From Gaiellaceae bacterium (GTDB lineage: Bacteria > Actinomycetota > Thermoleophilia > Gaiellales > Gaiellaceae), in assembly GCA_035697545.1 (NCBI GenBank), contig DASSCT010000191.1, forward strand, positions 1-55,285: 55,285 bases of DNA. The letters are read 5' to 3'. Position numbers and translations under genes: made by a program. Below, one piece after another: positions 16,859 to 28,068 of this stretch (within the stretch, counting starts at the first letter, position 1; the number at the start of each line of letters is the position of its first letter). A model generated the notes under the pieces. It did not search any database. It had not been told where the DNA came from and was given only the letters and a program-made list of their open reading frames with translations.

Positions 16859-18036
16859 GCGTCCGCGCCGGTCCTTGGCTTCGGTTGTGCGGCGTTGGCG
16901 CTTCCGCCGCCGTGGGGCTCGTCGTGGCGAGCGGAGAGCTCGGTATTACGCACCGCGTGCTCGTCGCCGTAGCGCTGCCGCTGTTCGCAGCGCTCGTCCT
17001 GGGCGCGTGGTTCGCGCATCGTGCGGTCTTCGGGGTCGCTCTCGCCGCCCTCGTTCTCTTCCTGGCTGCGATCGCCAGCTGGTGGCTGCGGCCGCTGCAT
17101 CTCGCTCTGGCTGCCGTGGCGTTCGCCGCGACGGTTCTTACCACCGCGCGCCTCTATCGCGGGGCTCGGCCCGCGCCCGTCGCGTGGCGGGACTACGTGA
17201 GCCTGACGAAGCCGCGGATCATGTCGCTGCTGCTCCTGACCGGCGCGGCCGGCATGTTCGTCGGAGCGCAGGGGATGCCCGACCCAGGTTTGCTCGCGGC
17301 AACGATGGTCGGTCTCGGGCTGGCCTGCGGCGGCGCCAGCGCGCTGAACCACGTGCTCGATCGGGACATCGATCGCTCGATGGGACGCACCGCGCGGCGG
17401 CCCGTCGCGGACGGGCGGGTCAGCCCGGAGCTCGCGCTCGAGTTCGGCCTCGCCCTCTCGGCGCTCTCGTTCGTCCTCCTGGCCTCGGTCGTCAACGTGC
17501 TCGCCGCCTGCCTCGCGCTCGTCGGGAACCTCTTCTACGTCCTCGTCTACACGCGCTGGCTCAAGCGCTCGACGCCGCAGAACATCGTGATCGGAGGCGC
17601 CGCCGGAGCGGTCCCTCCGCTCGTCGGCTGGGCGGCGGCGACGGGCAATCTCGCGCTGCCGGCGCTCTATCTGTTCCTGATCGTCTTCTTCTGGACGCCG
17701 CCGCACTTCTGGGCGCTGGCGCTCTTGATCAAACGCGACTACGAGGCTGCGCGAATCCCGATGCTGCCTGTCGTGCGCGGCGAGCGCGAGACCGCAAGGC
17801 AGATTCTCCTGTACACGGTCGGCCTGGTCGCACTGACGCTGGTGCCGGTTCTGACGGGCACTTTCGGACCGATCTACCTCGCCGCAGCGGTGCTCCTCGG
17901 GGCACGGTTCGTGCAGCTCGCGTGGTCGCTGTGGCAGGAGCTGACGCCACGGCGCGCCGGCGTGCTCTTCCACTACTCGCTGGCCTATCTAGCCCTGCTC
18001 TTCGTCGCCATGGCGATTGACCCGGTGATTCTGTGA
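16855..18036 (+). CDS. ctaB: Protoheme IX farnesyltransferase (heme O synthase) with an N-terminal membrane extension of about 95 aa
   Basis: The ATG at 16855 overlaps the ctaD TGA (ATGA). The core from YVSLTKPRIMSLLLLT, with NHVLDRDID..M.RT..RP and YT.WLKR, is UbiA-family CtaB. The upstream 1152 nt of the 777-aa ORF is an alternate frame of ctaD. Confidence 0.9.
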   Translation: MSVRAGPWLRLCGVGASAAVGLVVASGELGITHRVLVAVALPLFAALVLGAWFAHRAVFGVALAALVLFLAAIASWWLRPLHLALAAVAFAATVLTTARLYRGARPAPVAWRDYVSLTKPRIMSLLLLTGAAGMFVGAQGMPDPGLLAATMVGLGLACGGASALNHVLDRDIDRSMGRTARRPVADGRVSPELALEFGLALSALSFVLLASVVNVLAACLALVGNLFYVLVYTRWLKRSTPQNIVIGGAAGAVPPLVGWAAATGNLALPALYLFLIVFFWTPPHFWALALLIKRDYEAARIPMLPVVRGERETARQILLYTVGLVALTLVPVLTGTFGPIYLAAAVLLGARFVQLAWSLWQELTPRRAGVLFHYSLAYLALLFVAMAIDPVIL

Positions 18037-18218
18037 GCGAACCCGGCGTCGAGCCGATCGAAGAGCCGGCCGCGCCGAGGACGATGCAGCCCCCGGTCGA
18101 CCTCGTCGACGAGCTGGCGCACAAGAACACGGTCACTGGGCTGGCGCTGTTCGGTCTCGCCCTGCTCCTCTTCGCGGGCACGTTCCTGATCGCGTTCGTC
18201 TATCTGGCCGTCAACTAG
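18033..18218 (+). CDS. Small single-TM protein coupled to ctaB (possible small oxidase subunit)
   Basis: GTGA overlap with the ctaB stop. 61 aa with one clear helix, GLALFGLALLLFAGTFLIAFVYLAV. Confidence 0.5.
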   Translation: MSEPGVEPIEEPAAPRTMQPPVDLVDELAHKNTVTGLALFGLALLLFAGTFLIAFVYLAVN

Positions 18219-18235
18219 GGGAACCGGCGCCAAAG

Positions 18236-18253
18236 CCCCCACCCGGGTGGGGG
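18236..18253 (+). terminator. Perfect GC palindrome CCCCCACCCGGGTGGGGG after the cta operon
   Basis: An 18-nt perfect palindrome 18 nt downstream of the small ORF's stop. No T-tract. Confidence 0.4.
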
Positions 18254-18281
18254 GACCCGCGTACCCAGCGAGCCAAGCGTA

Positions 18282-19442
18282 GTGGGGAGAATCGCACGCA
18301 TGCGTCCCGAAAGTGAGCCAGAAGGCGCGCAGCCCGAGAGTGGAATTTTCCTCGCGCGGCCCGATCCGCTGCCCACCGAGGACGTTCCGCTCGCAGTCAA
18401 GGATCTCTTCGACACCGCCGGGTTGACGACAACCTACGGCTCGGTCGTCTTCGCCGACCACATTCCCGAGCGGAGCGCCGAGGCCGTCGTCCGACTGGAG
18501 GCGGCGGAGTACGCCAACACCGGCAAGACGAACCTCCACGAGTTCGCGTATGGGGTCACATCGCAGAACCCGCACTACGGCACCGTCCCGAACCCGGCGG
18601 CCCCTGGCCGCACCGCAGGCGGATCCAGCGGCGGGTCGGCCGCCGCGCTCGCCGCGGGCCTGGCCGAGGCCGCGCTCGGCACCGACTCGGGCGGCTCGAT
18701 CCGGATCCCCGCCGCCTGCTGCGGCATCGTCGGCTTCAAGCCGACCTTCGGGCTGGTGCCGCTGGACGGCGTCTTCCCGCTCGCGCCGACCTTCGACCAC
18801 GCCGGCCCGATGGCCCGCACGGTCGGCGCCTGCGAGGAGCTCATGGAGGCGCTCGTCCCCGGCTTCGCGCCCACCGACCAGGACGACTTCGCCGTCGGGG
18901 TCGCGTGGCTCGAGCACTCCGATTCGCTGGTCGCCACCCGTATGCGCGAAGCGGCTGAGGCGCTGAGCCCCCGCGTCATCGACTTTCCGCTCCTGGAAGG
19001 AGTCGGGCCCATGTTCATGCGCGAGGTCGCCGAGGTGCACCAGGACCTCTACGCCGAGCACTCCGACCTCTACGGCGCGAACGTCGGCGGCAAGATCGAG
19101 CGCTGCCTGGCCGTCACGGACTCCGAATACGAGACGGCGGTCCGTCGCCGGATGGAGTACCGCGAGCAAGCGGAGGCAGCGCTCGCCGGCCTCGACCTGC
19201 TGCTCGTCCCGACGCTGGGTTTCGTCCCGCCACCGGCCGACGTGAACGAGCTCGAGGTCCGCGAGGCGATGATCCGCTTCACGCTGCCCTTCAACGCGCT
19301 CGGTTGGCCGGCCCTGGCACTGCCCGTAGGCCCGGCAGATGACGGGCTGCCGGCATCCATTCAGGTCGTCGGTCGCGCCGGCGACGATGCGCTCGTCCTC
19401 GCCGCCGGCGGCGCGCTGGAAGCGGCGCTGGCCGCTCTATGA
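18282..19442 (+). CDS. Amidase-signature family amidase (GatA-like)
   Basis: AVKDLFDTAG and the signature GGSSGGSAAALAAG...GTDSGGSIRIPAACCG. Confidence 0.9.
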   Translation: MGRIARMRPESEPEGAQPESGIFLARPDPLPTEDVPLAVKDLFDTAGLTTTYGSVVFADHIPERSAEAVVRLEAAEYANTGKTNLHEFAYGVTSQNPHYGTVPNPAAPGRTAGGSSGGSAAALAAGLAEAALGTDSGGSIRIPAACCGIVGFKPTFGLVPLDGVFPLAPTFDHAGPMARTVGACEELMEALVPGFAPTDQDDFAVGVAWLEHSDSLVATRMREAAEALSPRVIDFPLLEGVGPMFMREVAEVHQDLYAEHSDLYGANVGGKIERCLAVTDSEYETAVRRRMEYREQAEAALAGLDLLLVPTLGFVPPPADVNELEVREAMIRFTLPFNALGWPALALPVGPADDGLPASIQVVGRAGDDALVLAAGGALEAALAAL

Positions 19443-19817
19443 AGAGGCGGCGGCCGGCAGGATGCCGGCGATCGCGTCGGCGAGACGGCGCTCGATCACG
19501 AAGGTCCTGTCGAGCCCGGTGACCTCGAAGGTTCGAAGCACCCTGCGGTCGTCGGTGACGATGATGCAGTCCCCGCCGCGCGTCTTGAATCTCCCCTGGT
19601 AGCGCAGAAGCACGCTGAGGACGGTGGAGTCGATGAAGGTCACCTCGATCAGATCGACGGCGACCGTCGTCCCGCCCAAGGCGAGGACGCCCTGCAGCGC
19701 CTCCTCGAGCTCGCCTGCGTTGTAGGCGTCGGCCTCGCCGTTCAGCGAGACGACGAACGCGTCCCCGTCCAGCCCAGCCGTCCTGATCCCGAATTCGAGC
19801 TCCGACACTCCGGCCAA
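19437..19817 (-). CDS. STAS-domain anti-sigma-factor antagonist
   Basis: 126 aa with the typical pattern VVSLNGEADAYNAGELEEAL...VAVDLIEVTFIDSTVLSVLL...TGLDRTF. TTG start (or a GTG three codons further in). Confidence 0.85.
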   Translation of the reverse strand: MAGVSELEFGIRTAGLDGDAFVVSLNGEADAYNAGELEEALQGVLALGGTTVAVDLIEVTFIDSTVLSVLLRYQGRFKTRGGDCIIVTDDRRVLRTFEVTGLDRTFVIERRLADAIAGILPAAASS

Positions 19818-19865
19818 GCTAGCGGCCGGAGCCTGAGCTTTTACCCCAGGTTTGTCGAGATTCGC

Positions 19866-20549
19866 TCACACGGCGGCGAGCTTGTAGCCGATGCCGCGAA
19901 CGGTGACGATGCGCTCCGGGTTCGCAGGGTCCTCCTCGAGCTTCTGTCGAAGGTTCGAGATGTGGATGTCGCAGGCTCGCTGGTCTCCGACATAGTCGCT
20001 GTCCCAGAGGTGCTGCATGATCTCGCGGCGGCTGAACACTCGTTCCGGCTCCATCGCCAGGAACAGCAGCAGCTTGAATTCCGAGGGCGTAAGCCGCTTC
20101 GGCTCGCCGGCAACACTCGCCTGGTGACGCATCGGATCGAGCTCCAGCGTCCCGACCCGCAGCGTCCCGCCGGGAGTCGACCGGTCGAGCTCGCGCCGAC
20201 GGAGGAGTGCGCGGATCCGGCCCACCAGCTCGGCCATCGAGAACGGCTTTGTCACGTAGTCGTCCGCGCCTACCTCGAGACCGAGCACGCGGTCGAGCTC
20301 GGCGCCACGAGCGGTGAGCATGATGATCGGAACCGCGCTTTCTGCTCGAACCCGCCGGCACACCTCGGTCCCCGACATCCGCGGAAGCATCAGGTCGAGG
20401 ATGACGACGTCGTACGGCACACCGAGCGCCGCCTCGAGCGCTTCTTCGCCGTCGGCGACCATATCCACGTCGAAGCCCTCGGTGCGGAGCGCGTAGCCGA
20501 CCGCATCGCGGATGGCCGGCTCGTCGTCGACGACCAGAATGCGGTTCAC
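19866..20549 (-). CDS. OmpR/PhoB-family response regulator
   Basis: REC domain (ILVVDDE, VILDLMLPRMSG, IIMLTA) plus a winged-helix output domain (LTPSEFKLLLFLA...VTVRGIGYKL). GTGA overlap with the kinase stop. Confidence 0.95.
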   Translation of the reverse strand: MNRILVVDDEPAIRDAVGYALRTEGFDVDMVADGEEALEAALGVPYDVVILDLMLPRMSGTEVCRRVRAESAVPIIMLTARGAELDRVLGLEVGADDYVTKPFSMAELVGRIRALLRRRELDRSTPGGTLRVGTLELDPMRHQASVAGEPKRLTPSEFKLLLFLAMEPERVFSRREIMQHLWDSDYVGDQRACDIHISNLRQKLEEDPANPERIVTVRGIGYKLAAV

Positions 20550-22009
20550 GTAGAGATCATGCTCGCGGCGCGGGGTAGCCGAAACCGCACCGTCGTTCCC
20601 GAGCCATCCGAGGAGCTGAGCTCGAGCTCGCCGTCGATCGCCTTGACGGCGGACCGGACGATTGCGAACCCGAGCCCGAACCCCGGCTCGCCGTTCGCCG
20701 AGCCTCGGTAGAAGCGGTCGAAGACCTGCGACTGCTCGTCCGCCGGGATCCCGGGTCCCGTGTCGTCGACCACGATCTCGATCGCGCCCTCGGCGACGCG
20801 GGCCGAAAGCGAGATCCGCCCCTCTCGCGTGTACTTCGCGGCGTTGTCAGCGACGTTGAGCAAGGCTTGCTCGAAGAGCTGCCGATTCGTGATGAGCGCG
20901 AGCTCGTCCGAGCAGGAGATCTCGACTTCGACGTCCGGTGCCGGACGAATTGAAGCCGCGACCTCCTTCAGAAGCGGCGCCAGAGCAACGACCTCGTCCC
21001 GCGGCGCCTCGACGCCCGTTTGCGCCCGCGCGAGGACGAGGAGTGCCTGCGCAAGACGGGACAGCCGGTTGCTCTCGCGCTCGATGTGCCCGAGGAAGAC
21101 GTCGCGCTCGGGCTCGTCTTTTGCGCCTGCCTGAAGCACGTCGATCGCGCTGACGATCGCCGACAGCGGGCTCTGCAGCTGATGTGCGGCGTTCGTAACG
21201 AACTCACGCTCGGCGCGCTCCTGACGCTCCTGGGTGGTCACGTCATGGAACAGCGCAAGCGCTCCGATCGTCTGCCCGTTCGCGTCCCGGACCGGTGCCG
21301 CCGCGGCGTTGATGAACTTGGTCGACCCGTCGGGCATGACGAGCTCGATGCGCTCGTTCGCAACCACCTCGTTCGTTCGAAGCGCCCGCATGAGCGGAGA
21401 CTCGTCGTCGCCGTATCGGCTCGCGTCGGCCCGGTATGTCTCCCACTTCCGGTTGAAGATCTCTGCCGACGTCCGGACTCCGAGGATCTCGAGCGCTCGG
21501 TCGGTGACGAGCTGAGCGCTCCCGTCGACACCGACGATGATGAGCCCGACGGGCATGTTCTCGACCACGGCCGCCAAGCGCGCACGTTCCTCGGCGAGCG
21601 CCTGCGTTCGATCCTGCACCCGCTGCTCGAGCTCGGTCGTCAGCAGCTGCAGCTCCTGAGCGGTCGCAGCCTGCTTCGTCACGTCGACCAGCGTCCAGTG
21701 GAGGTCCGGCGTCTCCGATCGGCTCCGGGAAACATGGAGCTCCGCCAGGAACGGCCGGCCACCGCGAGGTTTCAGCCAGGTTTCCCAGACGACGCGCCCG
21801 CTCGTCTGCGAAACCTCGTTCAGCCGATCTCGAAGCTCACGCTGGTCAGGGCCGGCCGCAAACGTTGCAAGCGGCTCGCCGACGAGCTGCTTTGCCGGCA
21901 GCCCCAACAGCGTCGCCGCAGCTTGGTTGGCTCGGGCCACCACGCCGAACTGATCCGTGATGAGGTAGCCCACAGGAGCATGCTCGAAGAATTCTTCGTA
22001 TCGCTGCAT
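20546..22009 (-). CDS. Soluble sensor histidine kinase with two PAS domains
   Basis: No TM helix. PAS-like segments FFEHAPVGYLITD... and VVENMPVGLIIVG.... H-box FVTNAAHQLQSPLSAI. HATPase motifs NVADNAAKYT, DDTGPGIP and GFGLGFAIV. Confidence 0.9.
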   Translation of the reverse strand: MQRYEEFFEHAPVGYLITDQFGVVARANQAAATLLGLPAKQLVGEPLATFAAGPDQRELRDRLNEVSQTSGRVVWETWLKPRGGRPFLAELHVSRSRSETPDLHWTLVDVTKQAATAQELQLLTTELEQRVQDRTQALAEERARLAAVVENMPVGLIIVGVDGSAQLVTDRALEILGVRTSAEIFNRKWETYRADASRYGDDESPLMRALRTNEVVANERIELVMPDGSTKFINAAAAPVRDANGQTIGALALFHDVTTQERQERAEREFVTNAAHQLQSPLSAIVSAIDVLQAGAKDEPERDVFLGHIERESNRLSRLAQALLVLARAQTGVEAPRDEVVALAPLLKEVAASIRPAPDVEVEISCSDELALITNRQLFEQALLNVADNAAKYTREGRISLSARVAEGAIEIVVDDTGPGIPADEQSQVFDRFYRGSANGEPGFGLGFAIVRSAVKAIDGELELSSSDGSGTTVRFRLPRAASMIST

Positions 22010-22833
22010 TTACGCGCTTGCCCCTGCCGCTCTGACTGCGTCCTCGTAGTTCTGGTCACGGCCGAAGACGTCGAGCTCCTCCGAGAGCAGGTCGCTCGCG
22101 CTCTTCCCGTCGGCGAACGGCAGCTCGTCGACCCACGCGACATCCACCTCGACGCGCGCACGAGACTTCAGCCAACCGGCGATCAGCGAGGCCTCGGCCG
22201 GCGGGCCGACGAACCGGTCCGGAACCTCCGGCCAGGCTTGTGCGAGCGCCTGACGCCACGGAAGGGTGCGCCTCCAGGCGATGTCGGACACGGCCGTCTC
22301 CTCGAAGAACTCCTCCATCTCGGCGTAGGCCCCGGGGAGGTCGGGCCATTCGGAGGAGTCGACGATCAGCCGGTCTGTCAGCTCGACGAGCTGCTGGAAG
22401 GGCGCCGTGCGAAACGGCGGCCGGCCGCGCCAGCGCAGGAAGACCGGGAGGTTGGGAAGGAGCAGCGGCTCGACGATGCTCGCCGGCGCCTGTGCCCGGA
22501 TCCCGCAGAGCCCGAGCTCGACCACCTCGTTGCAGAGATGCCGCAGCTCGCCTTCGAGCTCGTGGCACTCGAGGGAGACCCGCGCGTTGAGCCGATCCTC
22601 GGCGTCGGGGTGCGGAAAGAGCAGCAAGGTCCGTGACGGATGCCGCTCGCCGAGGCCGGCGAGCGTTTCGGTCGCAGCCTCCTGCCATTCCTCCGGTACC
22701 CAGGCCATGTGGGTGAGGACGCTCGTGCGCAGGTCGGGGAGGCCGCCGTGGCCGACGTGGAACCGCAGGTCGGCGAGCGCCTCTTCGATCTGCGCGATCG
22801 TGGCCGACTCGGCCGACCAGCCCTCGACGTGCG

Positions 22834-22846
<13 letters not shown>
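22010..22846 (-). CDS. opcA: Glucose-6-phosphate dehydrogenase assembly protein OpcA
   Basis: From the GTG at 22846: VASVAHVEGWSAESATIAQIEEALADL...TSVLTHMAWVP..., an OpcA-like pattern, positioned directly after zwf. The upstream 400 aa of the 679-aa ORF is an alternate frame of zwf. Confidence 0.8.
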
Positions 22847-24313
<1,467 letters not shown>

Positions 24314-24339
<26 letters not shown>

Positions 24340-25180
24340 CGAACTGGTTCCTGAGTGCCGCGTTCACCTTGGCGGAAAATGAATCCTTTCGCCGCGATTC
24401 GAAGCGCGCGAAGAGCGACGCGGCGATCACGTTGAGCGGGACGGCGGTCTCGATCGCCTGCTCCACCGTCCAGCGCCCTTCGCCCGAGTCCTCTACGTAG
24501 CCCTTGATCCCCTCGAGGTTCGGGTCCTCCTGCAACGCGCGGGCGAGCAGGTCGAGGAGCCAGCTGCGGACGACCGAGCCATGGCGCCAGAGCTCGGCGA
24601 TCGCGGCGAGGTCGAGCTCGAACTCGGAGGCCTGCATCAGGTCGAAGCCTTCCGCGTAGGCCTGCATGAGGCCGTACTCGACGCCGTTGTGCACCATCTT
24701 CACGAAGTGGCCCGCGCCCGACGGGCCGACGTGCGCGAAGCCGCCCTCAGGAGCAAGCGCTTCGAACGCCGGCTGGAGGCGGCCGATCGGCTCGGCGTCC
24801 CCGCCCGCCATGAGCGCGAACCCTTCTCGGAGACCCCAGATCCCGCCCGACACGCCGCAGTCGACGAAGTAGAGACCGCGTTCGGAGGCCTGCGCGGCGC
24901 GCCGCTGGGAGTCGCGGAAGTTGGAGTTGCCGCCGTCGATGATCGCGTCGCCCCGCTCCAGAATCCCCAGCAGCTCTTGAAACGCGTTCTCGGTTACCTC
25001 TCCGGCAGGGATCATCAGCCAGACATGACGCGGCGGATCGAGCTGGGCGGCGAGCTCTTCCAGCGAGCCGGCCGTGGACTCGACGTTGGGGTCGTAGGTC
25101 TTGACGTCGTGGCCCGCTTGCCGGAGCCGCTCGGTCATCCCCGATCCCATGCGCCCCAGGCCGACCATCCCGAGCTGCAT
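24314..25180 (-). CDS. gnd: 6-phosphogluconate dehydrogenase, short (about 290 aa) decarboxylating form
   Basis: MQLGMVGLGRMGSGM Rossmann fold, with GGNSNF, GVSGGIWG and GAGHFVKMVHNGVEYG. Confidence 0.9.
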
Positions 25181-26499
25181 CAGGCCACATCCTCCAGTCG
25201 CACGCGCGCGATGCGCCGCCCCCGTTCCTGCAGCGCCTGGAAATCGCCCGCCGCCTGGGCGGCGATCAGCGTACGGAACCCGTACGGGCGTCCGGGGATC
25301 GGGAGCTCCTCGCCGAGATCGTCCACGACCTGGATGAAAACGCCGGTGTCCGGGCCGCCCTTGTGCAGCTGGCCGGTCGAGTGGAGATACCGCGGACCGA
25401 GGCCGACGGCAACGGCGCAGCCGGTCTCCTCCGCCCGGCGAACGAGCGGCGCAAGCTCGCCTTCGCGCGCGGGGTCGATGAAGGCGAGGATCGCGATGTA
25501 GTCGCCGTCCCGCGCCTCGGCGAGCAGCGCGTCCACCGACCCTTCCGGCGGTGTCTGGGGGCCAGGCCCCTGGACCTGGCCGGAAAGGATGGCGTTGGTT
25601 CGGTCCTTCGCCTCCTGCACGTTCGGCTGATCGAAGGGATTCACGCCGAGGATCGAGCCCGCGACGGCAGTCGCGAACTCCCAGCGGAAGAACTCCTGCC
25701 CGAGCTCGTACGGATCCTCGAGCCGAAACTCATGCACCTGCGTGTCGTCGTCACCCTCGCGGATCACCGGCACGAGCCCCTTGCCGTCCTTGCCCGTCGA
25801 TTCGGCCAGCAGCTGCTCGACCCACAGGCCGAAGTCGCCGGAGACGAGCACCTTGTCGCGGCCCTCCTGCCAGCCACGGCCGAGCGCGAGGCCCAGCTCG
25901 AGCCCGGGGTTGCCCTGCTCCAGCCGACAGGCCTCGCGCATCTCGTCCGCGCGATCGAGCAGACGCTGGACGTCGATGCCCATGAAGACCGCCGGAAGGA
26001 TCCCGAAGACCGAAAGCGCCGAGTAACGGCCGCCGATCGTGGGCTCGCCGTAGAACACGTCGTCGGAGATTTCCGCCAACGGCGACCCGGGATCGGTGAT
26101 GACCGCGAACCGCGCCCCCCGATCGCGGAAGTAGTCCACGTGGCTGCGCGTCTCGATCGTCGTCCCCGACTTGGAGGCGGCCAGGAAGAGCGTGCGGGCG
26201 ATGTCGATGCTCTCCTCGAACCGCTGGATCGCCGCTGGATGCGTGGTATCGAGGACGTGGAAGCGCTCGGCGCCGAACGACCGGCGCATGACCTCCGGCG
26301 CCAGGCTGGAGCCGCCCATCCCGAGCAGGACGAACTCGTCGGCGTCGACCCGGGCGGCGAACTCCATGAGCTCGTGCACCCGCTCGCGCATGCGCGCGGG
26401 CTCGTCGAGCCAGCCGAGCCACTGCGCCTCGTCGCTCCCCGTCCAGACGGACGGATCGCGCTCCCAGATGCGCTCGACGAGCTCGGCGGTCTCGATCAC
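25180..26499 (-). CDS. pgi: Glucose-6-phosphate isomerase (SIS-type)
   Basis: VLLGMGGSSLAPEV and ASKSGTTIET motifs. 439 aa. Confidence 0.85.
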   Translation of the reverse strand: MIETAELVERIWERDPSVWTGSDEAQWLGWLDEPARMRERVHELMEFAARVDADEFVLLGMGGSSLAPEVMRRSFGAERFHVLDTTHPAAIQRFEESIDIARTLFLAASKSGTTIETRSHVDYFRDRGARFAVITDPGSPLAEISDDVFYGEPTIGGRYSALSVFGILPAVFMGIDVQRLLDRADEMREACRLEQGNPGLELGLALGRGWQEGRDKVLVSGDFGLWVEQLLAESTGKDGKGLVPVIREGDDDTQVHEFRLEDPYELGQEFFRWEFATAVAGSILGVNPFDQPNVQEAKDRTNAILSGQVQGPGPQTPPEGSVDALLAEARDGDYIAILAFIDPAREGELAPLVRRAEETGCAVAVGLGPRYLHSTGQLHKGGPDTGVFIQVVDDLGEELPIPGRPYGFRTLIAAQAAGDFQALQERGRRIARVRLEDVA

Positions 26500-27602
26500 G
26501 CCGAGACCAATTGACCCCGCTTGGCGGCGATCCCCTCGAGGAGCTCGTCGAAGGAGTCGGCGAACTTCTGGACGCCCTCCTCTTCGAGCACGCGCGTGAC
26601 GTCGTCGTAGTCGATCTCGATCCGAGCCAGCTCGTCGAACAGCCGACGCGCCTCGTCGAGCCCTCCCTCGAGCGTCGGACGCACCACCCCGTGATCCTGG
26701 AACGCCTCGATCGTCTCCCTCGGCATCGTGTTCACCGTCTCGGCACCGATCAGCTCCTCGACGTACATGACGTCGCGATAGGACGGGTTCTTCGTCGACG
26801 TGGATGCCCAGAGACAGCGCTGCGGCCTCGCGCCTCGCGCCGCCAGCGCCTCCCAGCGCGGGCCGGAGAAGATCTCCTTGTAGCGCTGGTACGCGAGCTT
26901 CGCGTTCGCGATCGCGAGCCGGCCCTTCAGGTGGTCAGCGCCGCCGATCGCGTCGAGCCGCTTGTCGGTCTCGGTGTCGACCCGGGAGACGAAGAAGCTC
27001 GCGACCGACAGCGTGTCTCGCAGATCGCCGCCTGCCTCGGCAAGGCGCTCCAGTCCACGGATGTACGCCTCGGCCACCTCGGCGTAGCGCTGCAAGGAGA
27101 AGATCAGCGTGACGTTGATGCTCTTGCCGCGCGCGATCATCTCCTCGATCGCGGGCAGCCCCTCCTTCGTCGCCGGGATCTTCACGTAGAGATTCGGGCG
27201 GTCGACCGTCTCGTGGAAGCGCTGCGCCTCCTCGATCGTCCCCTCGGTGTCGTTCGCCAAGTGCGGGTCGACCTCCAACGAGACCCGGCCGTCCACGCCC
27301 TGGGTCTCCTGCCAGACCGGCAGAAAGAGGTCGCAGGCCTCCGTGATGTCGTCGAAGGCGAGCCGAAGGAAGATCTCCTTCAGGTCGTCGTCCTCGGCCA
27401 GCACGTCGCGGAGCTGGTCGTCGTACCACCCGCCTTCGGACATCGCCTTCTGGAAGATGGTCGGATTCGACGTGACGCCGACGACGGCGTCCTCGTCCAT
27501 CATCTGCTTGAGCTCGCCGGTCCGGAGCCACTCCCGCGAAAGGGAGTCGATCCAGACGCTCTGGCCGAGCTCGCTCAACTGGTGGAGGCGCGATTTAGAC
27601 AT
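26496..27602 (-). CDS. tal: Transaldolase (long actinobacterial type)
   Basis: GQSVWIDSLSR, GVTSNPTIFQKA and VKIPAT (active-site Lys) motifs. Confidence 0.95.
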   Translation of the reverse strand: MSKSRLHQLSELGQSVWIDSLSREWLRTGELKQMMDEDAVVGVTSNPTIFQKAMSEGGWYDDQLRDVLAEDDDLKEIFLRLAFDDITEACDLFLPVWQETQGVDGRVSLEVDPHLANDTEGTIEEAQRFHETVDRPNLYVKIPATKEGLPAIEEMIARGKSINVTLIFSLQRYAEVAEAYIRGLERLAEAGGDLRDTLSVASFFVSRVDTETDKRLDAIGGADHLKGRLAIANAKLAYQRYKEIFSGPRWEALAARGARPQRCLWASTSTKNPSYRDVMYVEELIGAETVNTMPRETIEAFQDHGVVRPTLEGGLDEARRLFDELARIEIDYDDVTRVLEEEGVQKFADSFDELLEGIAAKRGQLVSA

Positions 27603-28053
27603 TCAGGCCCTCCTTTTCCATCGCTTCGATCTTCTCAAGCCTTCTGCGGTAGCGTTCCCCGCCGCTGAACTCAGCGGCGAGATAGGCCGCGAGCAGCTCA
27701 GCGGCCAGATCGCTGCCGACGACCCCCGAGCCGATGCAGAGCACGTTCATGTTGTCGTGCTCCACACCTTGCCTGGCCGAGTAGGTGTCGTGGCAGACGG
27801 CGCCACGGATCCCGACCAGCTTGGAGGCCGCCACCGAGGCACCGACGCCGGAGCCACAGACGAGGATCCCCCGCTCGGCGTCGCCTCCGCGAATCGCCTC
27901 TCCGATCTCCCTGGCCTTGTCCGGGTAGTCGATGCGCGGCGTGGATCTGTCGGTGCCCAGGTCCACCGGCTCGTGCCCAAGGCGCTGCACCTCCTCGAGT
28001 ACGCGGTCGCGAAGCTTGACTCCTCGGTGGTCAAAGGCCACAGCAACTCTCAT
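27595..28053 (-). CDS. rpiB: Ribose-5-phosphate isomerase B
   Basis: MRVAVAFDHRG, GILVCGSGVGASVAA and HDNMNVLCIG motifs. 152 aa. Confidence 0.95.
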   Translation of the reverse strand: MRVAVAFDHRGVKLRDRVLEEVQRLGHEPVDLGTDRSTPRIDYPDKAREIGEAIRGGDAERGILVCGSGVGASVAASKLVGIRGAVCHDTYSARQGVEHDNMNVLCIGSGVVGSDLAAELLAAYLAAEFSGGERYRRRLEKIEAMEKEGLNV

Positions 28054-28061
28054 TCCTCGAC

Positions 28062-28068
28062 TACGTTA
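28062..28068. promoter_or_regulatory. Overlapping divergent -10-like hexamers: TACGTT on the plus strand (for tkt) and TAACGT on the minus strand (for rpiB)
   Basis: The spacer between ATG 28053 (minus strand) and GTG 28076 (plus strand) is only 22 nt. TACGTT at 28062-28067 lies 8 nt before the tkt GTG. TAACGT, the complement of 28063-28068, lies 9 nt before the rpiB ATG. Confidence 0.4.
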
